From an uncultured Dehalococcoidia bacterium (GTDB lineage: Bacteria > Chloroflexota > Dehalococcoidia > Lucifugimonadales > UBA1123): 64,000 nucleotides of DNA. Below are positions 54,089 to 64,000 of this stretch, piece by piece. The stretch spans positions 3,153-67,152 of the forward strand of contig CAZXFX010000008.1 of assembly GCA_964640295.1 (NCBI GenBank). Reading direction: 5' to 3'. The translations under genes were made by a program, and so were the position numbers. How positions within the stretch are numbered: the stretch's first letter is position 1; each line of letters begins with the position of its first letter. A model generated the notes under the pieces. It saw nothing but the letters and a program-made list of their open reading frames with translations, did not search any database and was not told where the DNA came from.

Positions 54089-57000
54089 ATGAATCCGTAT
54101 GGAATTCATGGAGGTCAACCGCTTATGCTGAGTATTCGCTTTGCGTCTGTTGCGTCAATGATCGTCCTTGCTGGCTTGGCGCTGTCCCTTTTGCTCTTCG
54201 CTTCTGGACTTTTCGGCGACAGCGGCGGCGATCAGGCAGCGGATATTCCCGAACCGCAAGAGCGGGAGTATCCCAACCTGGGTTCGCAACTGAACAGGAT
54301 GGTGGAGGAGTATGAAAGCGGGGTCAGCGCTCTGCCCGCCGGGGACAATAGCGCGGCGCAGGCGATGGGCCGCGATTTGGCGCAACAGGCGCCTTTGCAA
54401 CTGGACGGAGCGGTGGCGATTACCGTTTACGTGTCCGGAAACGTGGCGACGGTGGTGGGGTTCATGGAGTCTGTCGGAGGCGACCCGCGCAACGTGGGTG
54501 ACGACTATATCGAGGCATACGCGCCGGTTTCGATTCTGGGCGCGCTGTCGCAGCGTCCCGGCGTGGATCGGGTGGAGGCAATCATACCGCCAGAGCCGGA
54601 TTACGGCAGCGTTCTGAGCCAAGGGGTGGCGGCTCACCTGGTCAACGCCTGGCACGCGCGGGGCGTCACGGGCCAGGGCGTCAAGATAGGAATCATAGAC
54701 TCGGGATTCCGCGACATACGCAGTATCCAGGGCACAGAGTTGCCGACGATTATTCACGCCCGGTGTTTCTCCTCGCTGGGGAGATATTCCACCAATCTGG
54801 CGGATTGTGAGTCGGTGCCTGAAGTTACCTGGGAAGCTGACCCATCATGCCTTCCTTACAGGCGGGGACTGGCGAGTCGGCCTGGTCATGGGACAATAGT
54901 GGCCGAGACGGTCCTCGACATGGCTCCGGGGGCTACCCTGTATATTGCGGATCCGTCGTCTTCTGGAGATTTGGCCAGCATCGTCAACTGGATGACATCG
55001 CAGGGGGTGACAGTCATCAATATGTCGCTGTCGTGGGTTTATGACGGTCCTGGGGACGGCACGTCCAAATACAGTAGCAGCGCTCTGAGAGCGGTTGACC
55101 GCGCGGTAAGCCGGGGCGCTCTCTGGGTGAACTCAGCAGGGAACTCGGGCCAGGAAAGTTGGCTGAGCGCATGGTCCGACCCCGATAGCGATGGCAAGAT
55201 GTCCTTCAGCCGCACTGTCAACGACGAAGTCATGGATATTCCGCTGCGGCCCTGCACACGGTACTTGATCCAGTTGCGGTGGAAAGACGACTGGTTCGGA
55301 CCGGACACGGATCTGGATCTGCACTGGTACAAAGAAAAACGAAGGGGTGATATATTCCAGCGCCGCGGCGCAAACTGGGCAAAGCAACCAGATACCGCGC
55401 GAGGGGATCGTAATCAGGACACCCAACTTTTCAGGTATAGATAACACTAAGGGTATCGTTGTAACCCGCGCGAGCGGTCCGATTCCGGACTGGGTTCAGA
55501 TATTGGTCTGGGGCATTGATCCCATCCAGCATTACAACACCAGGGGAGGCATCAGCAACCCCGGTGAAAGCGCGAACCCGGGGATGCTGACCGTTGGGGC
55601 GTCGCATTACAGCCGACCCCTGTCCATCGAGCCTTACAGCAGCCGGGGCCCGACGCCGGACGGTCGGGTCAAGCCGGATATAGTTGGGGTGGACTGCGCC
55701 CAGACGTCGCTGGTGTCCAGTTTCTGCGGAACCAGCCAGGCGTCGCCGCACCTGGCGGGTATGGCGGCTTTGGTCAAGCAGAGGAACCCGACGTTCAGTC
55801 CTCAGCAGATAGCGAACTACCTGAAGAGCAACGCACAGGACTGGGGCGTATTGGGCGTGGACAACACATGGGGACATGGGCTGGCGCGATTGCCGGCGCC
55901 TAATCCGGCGCCTACACCGACCTATACCCCTACGCCGACCTATACTCCTACCCCTACACCCGCATCGCGCCAGGCGAATTGCGTGGCGACAATCACCGCT
56001 GACGGAGCGGTATCCGGAACCTGGGCTGACGATTGCCAGTCTGAAGAATCGGCGCGGGGCTACGCTCGCTACTACACCTTCACGCTGACTCAGAGGAGCG
56101 AGGTCACGATTGACTTGGAATCCAGGGTTGATACTTACCTGTATTTGCGTAGGGGCAACAACGCTCGCTCCGGCAGTTTAGTGGCGGAGGACGACGATGG
56201 AGGCGGCAACCAAAACTCGCGGATTAGGAGGACCCTGGCGGCTGGCGATTACACCATTGAGGCTACGACGTATAGAGTCCACCAGACGGGCGACTTTATC
56301 CTGAAGGTTGCGGGACTGGGCAATAACGTTCAGCCGACGCCCACGTACACGCAGACGCCCACACGGGCGGTTATCCTGACGCCGACATACACACCCACGC
56401 CTATCGTTGTGGCTGGGAATTGCGCGCAGACGATCAGCGCAGACGGGTCAATCACCGGAACCTGGCGATCTGGCTGCCAATCCCAAGAGTCGGGACGCGG
56501 CTACGCTCGCTATTACATTTTCTCGCTGGGGCGGGATAGCGATGTCACTATCCAGCTGGAATCCGCTACGGACCCGTACCTGTATTTGCGTAGGGGCAAC
56601 GACAGGCGCTCCAGCAATATAGTCGAATACGATGACGATGACGGCGGCAACAGAAACTCCCGAATTAGCCGAAGTCTGTCGGCTGGGATTTACACCATCG
56701 AGGCGACTACTTACGCTGCTGGGCAGACGGGCGACTTTACCCTGACGATTACTGGTCTGGTCGGAGGCGTAGCGCCGCCCCCGCCGCCGAATACTTTCGT
56801 GCCGGACGCCAACCTGGTGGCCAACATCCAGCGGTGGCGAGGTGAAACTCATCACGGGCAAGCGCACATTGATCGCTGGACCAGGGCGCTGATTGCGTTG
56901 GGCGTAGAGACGGGCAGCCTGAGTCCGATGACATCCAGCGAGGCGCAAACATACGTGGACAGAGGATGGGGGAGCCGTTGGCGCCCGGTGGTGGCGGAAT

Positions 57001-57500
57001 TGCGGCGCAAGGAGAATCACGACGCAGGCAGGTCTCAGGGTCGGGCTTCGCCGACGCCGGCCGCGACGCATACACCAACGCCGACGCCAGGTCCCACGAC
57101 GCCGACTCACACACCAACATCGACACCCGCGCCTCAAGTCGGGGCGAACGGCTGCGTGGAGACAATAGTGGCCAGAAGGCCGGTATCAGGGTCGTGGACG
57201 TCAGAGTGCCAGTCTCAGGCCACGTTCCGCGGTTACGCGCGGTATTACACCTTCACGCTAGATCAGTTGAGCATCGTCAACATTAACCTGGAGTCTGGAA
57301 TTGACAACTACCTGTACTTGCGTCAGGGTCATAATGTGCGGTCCGGCTCGGTTCTGGAAGAAGATGATGATGGCGGCGGAGATGGGGATGCGTTCATCAG
57401 CAAGCAATTGCCGGCCGGGGATTACACTATCGAGGCTACTACTTACGATGAGAATCGTTCGGGTAGATTCAGGCTGGAGTTCTCTTTGCTGGGGCGGTGA
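54089..57500 (+). pseudogene. S8 subtilisin-family peptidase with three PPC-type C-terminal domains, interrupted by a frameshift at an A-run (about 55334-55340)
   Basis: Asp (GIIDSGF), His (HGTIVAE) and Asn (NSAGNSG) lie in ORF 54089..55444. Ser (GTSQASPHLAG) lies in ORF 55347..57500. The two ORFs overlap in different frames around AAAGAAAAAC. Confidence 0.8.
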
Positions 57501-57516
57501 TGAACGGTGAATTTGG

Positions 57517-57590
57517 AATTGTCTGGCGATCGACTGGGTTGGAGTTTGAGAGCTGAGAGGGGAAAGGGACTTTTGGAAAACTGTTGACAG
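57517..57590 (-). repeat. Diverged inverse-orientation copy (E) of the roughly 100-bp element
   Basis: AATTGTCTGGCGATCGACTGGGTTGGAGTTTGAGAGCTGAGAGGGGAAAGGGACTTTTGG parallels 52355-52425. Confidence 0.4.
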
Positions 57591-57686
57591 AAGCGAACGA
57601 AAACCCTACCATTTGCGCAATGACTGAACGACGCTGGAAATGCGCCCAGTTTTTCTATGGAAAGAGAACCGCAGGAGGCCGACCGG

Positions 57687-58910
57687 ATGGATTTCGCCTA
57701 TACATATACGGAAGACCAGGAAGAATTTCGCAGTGAGGTGCGCTCTTGGCTCGAGGAGAACATCCCCGACGATATGAGAGCGCCTGTTGACCGGATGGAA
57801 CTTTCGGATGAGCAGTACGCGTTCTGGCGCGACATGCACCAGGTTATCGCCGAAAAGGGCTGGCTCTATCCCACCTATCCCAAGGAATACGGCGGAGGCG
57901 GGCTTACAGGCGAACACGAGACGATTATCCAGGAAGAGTTCAGGCGCGCTCGCGTAGTGCCTGGGTTCACGAACGCTCTGGTATTCCCTACCCTGCTCGT
58001 CTGGGGAGACGAATCTCAGAAGGACTACTTCCTGAAGCCGCTTCTGAGCGCGGAGAAGGTGGCGTTCCAGAACTTCTCGGAGCCTAACGCGGGGTCCGAC
58101 CTCGCTTCGCTCCAGAGCCGCGCTGTCCGCGACGGCGACGACTTCATTCTGAACGGACAGAAGATATGGATTAGCGGTCAACGCGAGCCTGACTTCCTGT
58201 TCGGCCCGTTCATGACCGATCCTGACGCTCCCCGTCACCGCAACCTTGGATACTTCATGGTTCCGTTCCCGTCCGACGGGCTTACGCAGGAGCGGATGAA
58301 CCTGCTTTCCGGCGACGACCAGAGCGTTTTCTTCTTTGACAACGTGCGCGTGCCGGGCGACCACCTGATAGGAGGCGATCACCAGGGCTGGCAGGTTACG
58401 CAGACCACGCTGGAAGTCGAGCACGGCGGACGCGGGCAGGCGTATCCGCAGGACGAGGCGATGGAGAACTTGGTGAGCTACGTGCAGAACACGAAGCGCA
58501 ACGGCGGCAATCTGGGCGACGACCCTGTGGTGGCTCAGGAAGCGGCGTCGGCATTCATTGACTCGCATGTCCACGGACTTCTCAACCTGCGCAACTACGG
58601 AATGTACCAGTCGCGCCAGGAAATGACATACCAGGGATCGCAGACGTCTATGTTCGGCAAGCTGTACAAGATCAAGAATGCTGACCGCGCCAGGGACATC
58701 ATGGGGATGTACAGCCTGTGCGGGACAGAAGAGCCTCGCGCTCCGTTCGGCGGCGAGCCGGAAGTTTATCAGCGCGGCAGCCTGGTGGGAGCGCACCCCG
58801 CTGGAACGGTCGAGATTCAGAAAGTGATCATCTCTCGACGCATTGGCATTAGCAGGACGCGAGAGCGCGCCGCGGCGACGCCATCCACCGCCGGAGTGGG
58901 CGGCGTCTAG
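57687..58910 (+). CDS. Acyl-CoA dehydrogenase family protein
   Basis: The start at MDFAYTYTEDQEEFR follows a GCAGGAGG RBS. It has N-terminal, middle (FSEPNAGSDLASL) and C-terminal helical domains, about 408 aa in total. Confidence 0.85.
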   Translation: MDFAYTYTEDQEEFRSEVRSWLEENIPDDMRAPVDRMELSDEQYAFWRDMHQVIAEKGWLYPTYPKEYGGGGLTGEHETIIQEEFRRARVVPGFTNALVFPTLLVWGDESQKDYFLKPLLSAEKVAFQNFSEPNAGSDLASLQSRAVRDGDDFILNGQKIWISGQREPDFLFGPFMTDPDAPRHRNLGYFMVPFPSDGLTQERMNLLSGDDQSVFFFDNVRVPGDHLIGGDHQGWQVTQTTLEVEHGGRGQAYPQDEAMENLVSYVQNTKRNGGNLGDDPVVAQEAASAFIDSHVHGLLNLRNYGMYQSRQEMTYQGSQTSMFGKLYKIKNADRARDIMGMYSLCGTEEPRAPFGGEPEVYQRGSLVGAHPAGTVEIQKVIISRRIGISRTRERAAATPSTAGVGGV

Positions 58911-59084
58911 CGACAGCCCCTCCAGAGAAATTAGATAACTAAATCGGGGGCCTTCTCAGTTGATCGAGGAGGCTCCCGATTTCATTATCAGCTTGCGTTC
59001 TACTATAATGGCTGTATCGAATTAGCGTCTCACAGCATAGGCGCAGTTCCTGTCTCCAGCAATCCGACGCCAAAGGGGGAAAGG

Positions 59085-59903
59085 TTGGACTTCAGATCTC
59101 CGTACACACGTCAGCAACAAGAATTTCGCGCGGTCGCGCGCGCCTGGTTGATGGAGAATTTCCCCAGAGACTTGAAGATACCTCCCGACGGCAGTCCGCT
59201 TGACGCCGAAAACCAGGCGAGAGTGAAGGAGTTCAGGCGTATGCTGGGCGAAAAGGGGTGGCTGGCGCCGTCCTGGCCGAGAGAACTGGGCGGCGGCGGA
59301 CTCACGTCGGGCCTGGACGTCATTTTGATGGAGGAGATGCGGCGAATGCCGCTGCCCAGCATGGGGGACAACAATCGCTGGGTGCCGGCGATGATGGTCT
59401 GGGGAACTGAAGAGCAGAAAGAGCGTTTCATTCCGCCGTGTCTCAAAGGGGAGTCGATTACCTGGCAGTGCTTCAACGAGCCGGGTTCAGGCTCGGACTT
59501 CGCGGCGGTCAATACATACGCCGTTCCGGAAGAGGGCGGCTGGGTGATCAACGGCGAGAAAGCGTTCATTACCGGACGATTCGATCCCGACTACCTGATT
59601 ACGCTCGCCAATACGGGAAAAGACAGGCCGCGGCGAATGAATCTGGGCGTGTTCATGGTGGACGCGAATAGCCCGGGCATAGAGATACGCAATATGAGGC
59701 TGCTCATGGGAAGCGAGCGAAGAGTCAAGTTCGACAACGTGTTCGTGCCAGACGACTGTCGCATCGGGCCGCCATATCAGGGCTGGGAGATAGCGATGAC
59801 GGTCATAGAGGCGGAGCGCGGCGGCGTAGCATTCCGCATTAGCGAAGACGGCACCATAGAGAGCATCTATCAATATCTGCGCGACCAGCGCAACGATCAG
59901 TGA
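59085..59903 (+). pseudogene. Acyl-CoA dehydrogenase paralog lacking the C-terminal domain (3-prime truncated)
   Basis: It aligns with the upstream paralog from MDFRSPYTRQQQEFR through FNEPGSGSDFAAV to ...IEAERGG, then stops at 272 aa. Only about 100 bp remain before moeA. It has a TTG start after AAGGGGGA. Confidence 0.6.
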
Positions 59904-60006
59904 CCAACCAGTGACCAACGGTATCCTTAACACTTATGGGTATTCAAATTTTCATACATCAGCGCGTACTGAAAATGCCTAACCAACTCAAATCGGGAGA
60001 CAAGAA

Positions 60007-61308
60007 GTGAACCGCCACGAACACGGACATAGACATCACGACGAGGCGATGCTGAGCGTGGAGGACGCGCTCGAACGCATTCTGGAGCGCTTCCATGTCC
60101 TCGATACTGTGGAAGTTTCGCTCCTGGAGGCTCTTGGCCAAGTACTGGCCGAGGACGCGGTGGCTCTTCACGATATACCGCCTCTGGACAACTCGGCCAT
60201 GGACGGATACGCAGTGCAGGCGTCCAGCGTGGAGGGAGCCTCTGAAGATTCCCCTGTCACGCTCAGAGTGATTGGCTCAGTAGCCGCCGGCGAACTTCCG
60301 AGCGCCAGCGTGGAGCCGGGAACCGCGGTTCGTATAATGACAGGAGCGCCGATACCGCAGGGAGCGGACGCGGTGGTGCCGTTCGAGGAGACGGATGAGC
60401 TGGAGCGCAGAAACGCGGCGGCTGGCATGGCGGAGATAGGGATAAGGGTGGCTGTACCGGAGGGGTCCGATGTCCGCCCGGCCGGACAGGATGTCCGAGA
60501 GAGCGCTCGCGTCCTCGAATCGGGCGTAACGCTCAGGCCGTCTGAAATAGGAGTTCTGGCTTCGCTCGGATTCGATAGAGTGAAAGTCATCAGGAGGCCG
60601 GTCGTAGCGATACTTTCCACGGGGGATGAGTTGCTGGACGCGGGCGACCCTTACGCCGAGGGAAAGATATACGACGCCAACAGCTACTCGGTCGCCGCGA
60701 GCGTGATTCGCTACGGCGGAGTTCCCAAGACGCTCGGCATCGCGCGGGACAACTTGGATTCGATGAACGCCAAACTGCGCGAAGGTCTGGAAGCGGATAT
60801 GCTCATCACGTCGGCAGGCGTCTCCAAGGGCGACTACGACATGGTGAAGGACGTGCTGGCCGAGCGCGGAAGAATCGCATTCTGGTCGGTCAGGATGAGG
60901 CCGGCCAAGCCTCTTGCGTTTGGCACCCTGAACGCCGCCGGCGGCAGAAAGGTTCCGCACCTGGGACTTCCGGGCAATCCGGTAAGCGCGATGGTGGCGT
61001 TCGAGCAGTTCGGAAGAGCGGCTATCTACAAGATGATGGGCAAGACGGGATTTCTAAAGCCTCGAATCAAGGCTGTTCTGGACGAGCCGATCTACAACAC
61101 CGACGGCAGGCGCGTGTACGCGCGCGCGATAATCACAAAACGAAATGGCGACTATCACGCCAGACTGACAGGCAATCAGAGTTCCAATCTGTTAACCTCG
61201 ATGGCCGGCGCCAATGGGCTGGCCGTTTGTCCGGAGGACCTGCCGGTCAAGAACGCAGGCGAGACGGTCGAGGTTGAAATGCTGGATTGGCCCGAGGATG
61301 TATTTTAA
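60007..61308 (+). CDS. moeA: Molybdopterin molybdenumtransferase
   Basis: LSVEDALERIL, PPLDNSAMDGYAV, RIMTGAPIP, TSAGVSKGDYD, LPGNPVSAMV. The start is uncertain (GTG at 60007 or ATG at 60049). Confidence 0.85.
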   Translation: MNRHEHGHRHHDEAMLSVEDALERILERFHVLDTVEVSLLEALGQVLAEDAVALHDIPPLDNSAMDGYAVQASSVEGASEDSPVTLRVIGSVAAGELPSASVEPGTAVRIMTGAPIPQGADAVVPFEETDELERRNAAAGMAEIGIRVAVPEGSDVRPAGQDVRESARVLESGVTLRPSEIGVLASLGFDRVKVIRRPVVAILSTGDELLDAGDPYAEGKIYDANSYSVAASVIRYGGVPKTLGIARDNLDSMNAKLREGLEADMLITSAGVSKGDYDMVKDVLAERGRIAFWSVRMRPAKPLAFGTLNAAGGRKVPHLGLPGNPVSAMVAFEQFGRAAIYKMMGKTGFLKPRIKAVLDEPIYNTDGRRVYARAIITKRNGDYHARLTGNQSSNLLTSMAGANGLAVCPEDLPVKNAGETVEVEMLDWPEDVF

Positions 61309-61745
61309 TGGTTGAGGACGTACAGACGACCGAGAGTTCCGAGCAACAGCCGAAATTCAAGAAGTATTTCATAGACCCTGCCAAGGCCGACTCAACAGGG
61401 CGGTCCCTGTCTGTGCTGCTCGCCAGCAGACTGGGTTATATGTACCAGCAGGGTCTTGACGAATACGCGATAATACAGGCTGACCCACAGGACTTCTTCA
61501 ATATAATACTCGAACACAGTTCCCACGCGCCGGACTTCCTGCTGCCGGACACCCCTCTGAAAGAGGCTATCTTCAGGACGTTTCTGGCGCATGGCAACGA
61601 ACCGATGGACGCGGAAGAGATAAGCTTCTTCATAAGCCAGAAGTGGGCGATGACGCAATTTCCGCGCAACACTTCGCCCGAGGTGATACAGGCGCTTCTC
61701 GACACGAGCGATTTCTACTGCTTGGGGCCGTCTCCAACTGAATGA
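61308..61745 (+). CDS. Hypothetical protein, translationally coupled to moeA
   Basis: The ATG overlaps the moeA TAA by 1 nt. About 145 aa with no recognised motif. Confidence 0.4.
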   Translation: MVEDVQTTESSEQQPKFKKYFIDPAKADSTGRSLSVLLASRLGYMYQQGLDEYAIIQADPQDFFNIILEHSSHAPDFLLPDTPLKEAIFRTFLAHGNEPMDAEEISFFISQKWAMTQFPRNTSPEVIQALLDTSDFYCLGPSPTE

Positions 61746-61825
61746 TGGTCGGCGGGTTGACCCGGGACGCGAGCCAAGTTCAGCTTAGCTGAGGGTTTGG
61801 CTACCTGACGAGGTGAAGGAAGAAT

Positions 61826-62686
61826 ATGAACTTGACTGAAAGACGCGAGCGATACAGGGCTATTCTGGATGGGGACGAATGTCTGCATCCGGCGTCTGTC
61901 TATGACGCTATTTCGGCGCGACTGGCGGAAGACCTCGGCTTCGAGGTGATGATGTTCGCGGGCTCGATAGCGTCGGCGACGGTTCTGGGCGCGCCGGACT
62001 ATATAGTTCTCACGCTGACGGAATTCGCGCAGCAGATACACCGGATATGCAGAGCGGGAACGCTTCCGCTCATGGTGGACGCCGATCATGGGTATGGCAA
62101 CGCGCTCAACGTGAGGCGCACTGTCGAGGAACTTGAAACCGCGGGCGTGGCGGCTCTGACGATAGAAGATACTCTGTTGCCGAGAGCGTTCGGGCAGTCC
62201 GCCCAGAGCCTGATTTCTTTGGAAGAGGGTGTTGGGAAGATGAAGGCGGCTCTTTCGGGCAGGCAGGATTCATCGCTTGTGGTGGCAGGGCGATCCAGCG
62301 CAATTGGCATAGCGGGCATCGAGGAAGGCATTCGGCGGGCGAAGGCGTATGAGGCGGTGGGAGTGGACGCGCTGTTTATGACGGGCATAAGCGCGAGGGA
62401 CGAACTGGAAGCGCTGAACGCGGAGGTCGGAATACCTATACTGCTCGGTGGCGCAAGTCCTGAACTGGACGACAGAAAGTATCTTGGCTCGCAGGGTGTC
62501 CGAATCGCGCTCCAAGGTCATCTGCCGTTCATGGCGTCGGTGAAAGCGACCTACGACACTCTGAAGGCGCTGCGAGAGGGTACGCCACCCTCGGAACTTG
62601 GCGACGTGGTTGCTTCGGCGGATCTGATGGCGCAGGCCACCAGACTGAACGAATACGACGAATGGATTGGCGAGTTTCTGGAATAG
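61826..62686 (+). CDS. Isocitrate lyase/PEP mutase superfamily protein (methylisocitrate lyase / oxaloacetate decarboxylase-like)
   Basis: PASVYDAISARLAEDLGFE, LMVDADHGYGNALNV, AALTIEDT. Confidence 0.8.
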   Translation: MNLTERRERYRAILDGDECLHPASVYDAISARLAEDLGFEVMMFAGSIASATVLGAPDYIVLTLTEFAQQIHRICRAGTLPLMVDADHGYGNALNVRRTVEELETAGVAALTIEDTLLPRAFGQSAQSLISLEEGVGKMKAALSGRQDSSLVVAGRSSAIGIAGIEEGIRRAKAYEAVGVDALFMTGISARDELEALNAEVGIPILLGGASPELDDRKYLGSQGVRIALQGHLPFMASVKATYDTLKALREGTPPSELGDVVASADLMAQATRLNEYDEWIGEFLE

Positions 62687-62715
62687 CTTTTGACTGCGTC
62701 TTAGGGGGAGCCGAT

Positions 62716-63861
62716 ATGCCCAAGCCGACAAAGATAGAAAAGGTGGAGACGTTCCTCTGGGACCGCTGGCTGCTGATCAAGGTTCATTGCGAGGACGGAA
62801 CGGTGGGCATTGGCGAGGGTGGCGTTCATGGCTGGCAGCGGCCAACGAAGACGATGGTCGAGACGATGGAGCCATATCTGCTGGGCAAAGACCCGCACCA
62901 GATCGAGCATCATTACCAGTGGCTATATCGGAGTTCGCATTTCATGGGGTCGGTCGTGCAGGGCGCGCTGTCAGCGATTGACATCGCGCTGTGGGACATC
63001 AAGGGGAAGCGGCTGGAGGTTCCGATATACGACCTGATGGGAGGCAAGACGCGCGACCGGGTTCGCTGTTATATGCACGTGGGCGCGCCGTCGGACAATG
63101 ACAGCGCGGAGGGCTTGGCTCAGGACGCGCTGAGCGCTGCCAAGCAGGGATTTACGGCGGTGAGGTTTTCGCCGTTCCCAAGGAACTTCTATCTGCATAA
63201 GTCGTACAGCGAACTGGCCGACGAAGCGGTGGAGCGCGTTGGAGCGGTGCGCGAGGCAGTAGGGCCAGGCGTGGATCTGTGCGTGGAGATACATCGTCAG
63301 ATGGCGCCGGCTGAGAGTATATGGCTGGGGCGGCGGCTGGAACAGTTCCATCCATTTTTCTATGAGGATCCGATGCTGCCGGACAGCCCTGCTGTCATGG
63401 GGGACGTTGCGGCGCAGTGCAATATACCGATAGCGACGGGTGAGCGTTTCACGACTATATTTGAGTATCAGCAATTGCTGGAGGCGAAGGCGGCGTCCTA
63501 CGTGCGGCCCGATCTGTGCCTGTGCGGAGGGCTTTCGGGGTGCAAGAAGGTGGCGGCGATGGCGGAGTCGTATCACGTGAAGGTGATTCCGCACAATCCG
63601 CTCTCGCCTGTCAGCACGGCGGCGTGCGTGCAGTTGGACGCCTGCATCCCGAACTTTGCGCTGCAGGAGTACACGGGCGAGTCGGAGCCGCCGAAGAGCG
63701 ATCTGCTGGTGAATCCGCTGGAGTTGATTGACGGCTACCTGACGGTTCCGGATGGTCCCGGTCTGGGCATTACACTGAATGAAGAGACGCTGTCGCAGCC
63801 GGAGAGCCCGAAGGTATTGAACACGCCGATTGGGTTCGACGGATCGGTGCAGGATAGGTAG
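62716..63861 (+). CDS. Enolase-superfamily enzyme (mandelate racemase/muconate lactonizing family; D-galactonate/D-mannonate dehydratase-like)
   Basis: An AGGGGGAG RBS. IKVHCEDGTVGIGEG, SAIDIALWDIKGK, the metal-ligand region EDP...ATGER, and IPHNPLSPV. Confidence 0.85.
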   Translation: MPKPTKIEKVETFLWDRWLLIKVHCEDGTVGIGEGGVHGWQRPTKTMVETMEPYLLGKDPHQIEHHYQWLYRSSHFMGSVVQGALSAIDIALWDIKGKRLEVPIYDLMGGKTRDRVRCYMHVGAPSDNDSAEGLAQDALSAAKQGFTAVRFSPFPRNFYLHKSYSELADEAVERVGAVREAVGPGVDLCVEIHRQMAPAESIWLGRRLEQFHPFFYEDPMLPDSPAVMGDVAAQCNIPIATGERFTTIFEYQQLLEAKAASYVRPDLCLCGGLSGCKKVAAMAESYHVKVIPHNPLSPVSTAACVQLDACIPNFALQEYTGESEPPKSDLLVNPLELIDGYLTVPDGPGLGITLNEETLSQPESPKVLNTPIGFDGSVQDR

Positions 63862-64000
63862 GGGAAGAATCCTGCCAAAGACATAACTGTCCATTTCGGT
63901 TACCCCAGATCAGACATCCCACGAGCCGCCTATAGAAACATTGATGAGACTGTAGTTATCAGTCCAAGCCGCGGTAGCTGTTGGCAAGCCTGATGAAACT

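Noticed and set aside
59904-60006. Possible Moco riboswitch upstream of moeA.
   Set aside because: The region is only about 100 nt long and lacks the conserved Moco-motif helices and loops that I can recall. There is no convincing structure.

Overview
This is a bacterial chromosomal window of roughly 58-60% GC by eye, with about 55 protein-coding genes. I saw no rRNA, tRNA or CRISPR array. Taxon is not determinable from sequence alone; PT-rich linkers and the many acyl-CoA and enolase-superfamily enzymes suggest a marine Chloroflexota-like genome, which is only a guess.

Core content:
- Acyl-CoA metabolism: two crotonases, a carboxyltransferase and two acyl-CoA dehydrogenase paralogs.
- Aminotransferases of class III and class IV.
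- Peptidases: GGT, PepN, HtrA and an S8 subtilase.
- Ni-superoxide dismutase, MoeA, two MFS transporters and a fused ABC exporter.

Accessory content:
- A decayed genomic island spans about 11.4-26.8 kb. Its McrBC restriction system is intact. Around it lie toxin-antitoxin remnants, head-to-head fragments of a Calx-beta-like surface protein, an orphan binding protein, a tyrosine-integrase pseudogene and an IS110 transposase pseudogene.
- A large coiled-coil protein with a C-terminal HEPN (Rx4H) domain sits next to radC.
- A vapBC pair carries a frameshifted toxin gene.

Observations I consider most worth follow-up:
1. A BCP-type peroxiredoxin has an in-frame TGA exactly at the peroxidatic Cys position, making it a candidate selenoprotein.
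2. A dispersed, roughly 100-bp intergenic element with short terminal inverted repeats occurs as three well-conserved and two diverged copies.
3. A pair of roughly 230-260-bp inverted repeats, dense in CACCTGC/GCAGGTG motifs, brackets a 13-kb segment. Each carries an inward-facing extended -10 promoter.
4. The orphan HEPN protein.
5. An unnamed roughly 70-aa domain (HGxAH[IV]xRW ... MTSxEAQTY ... GWxRWxPVV) is shared by the S8 peptidase and a surface-protein remnant 37 kb away.

Several frameshifts fall in homopolymer runs, so some of the pseudogene calls may be sequencing or assembly errors. All family assignments rest on motif recognition by eye. No database search was run.
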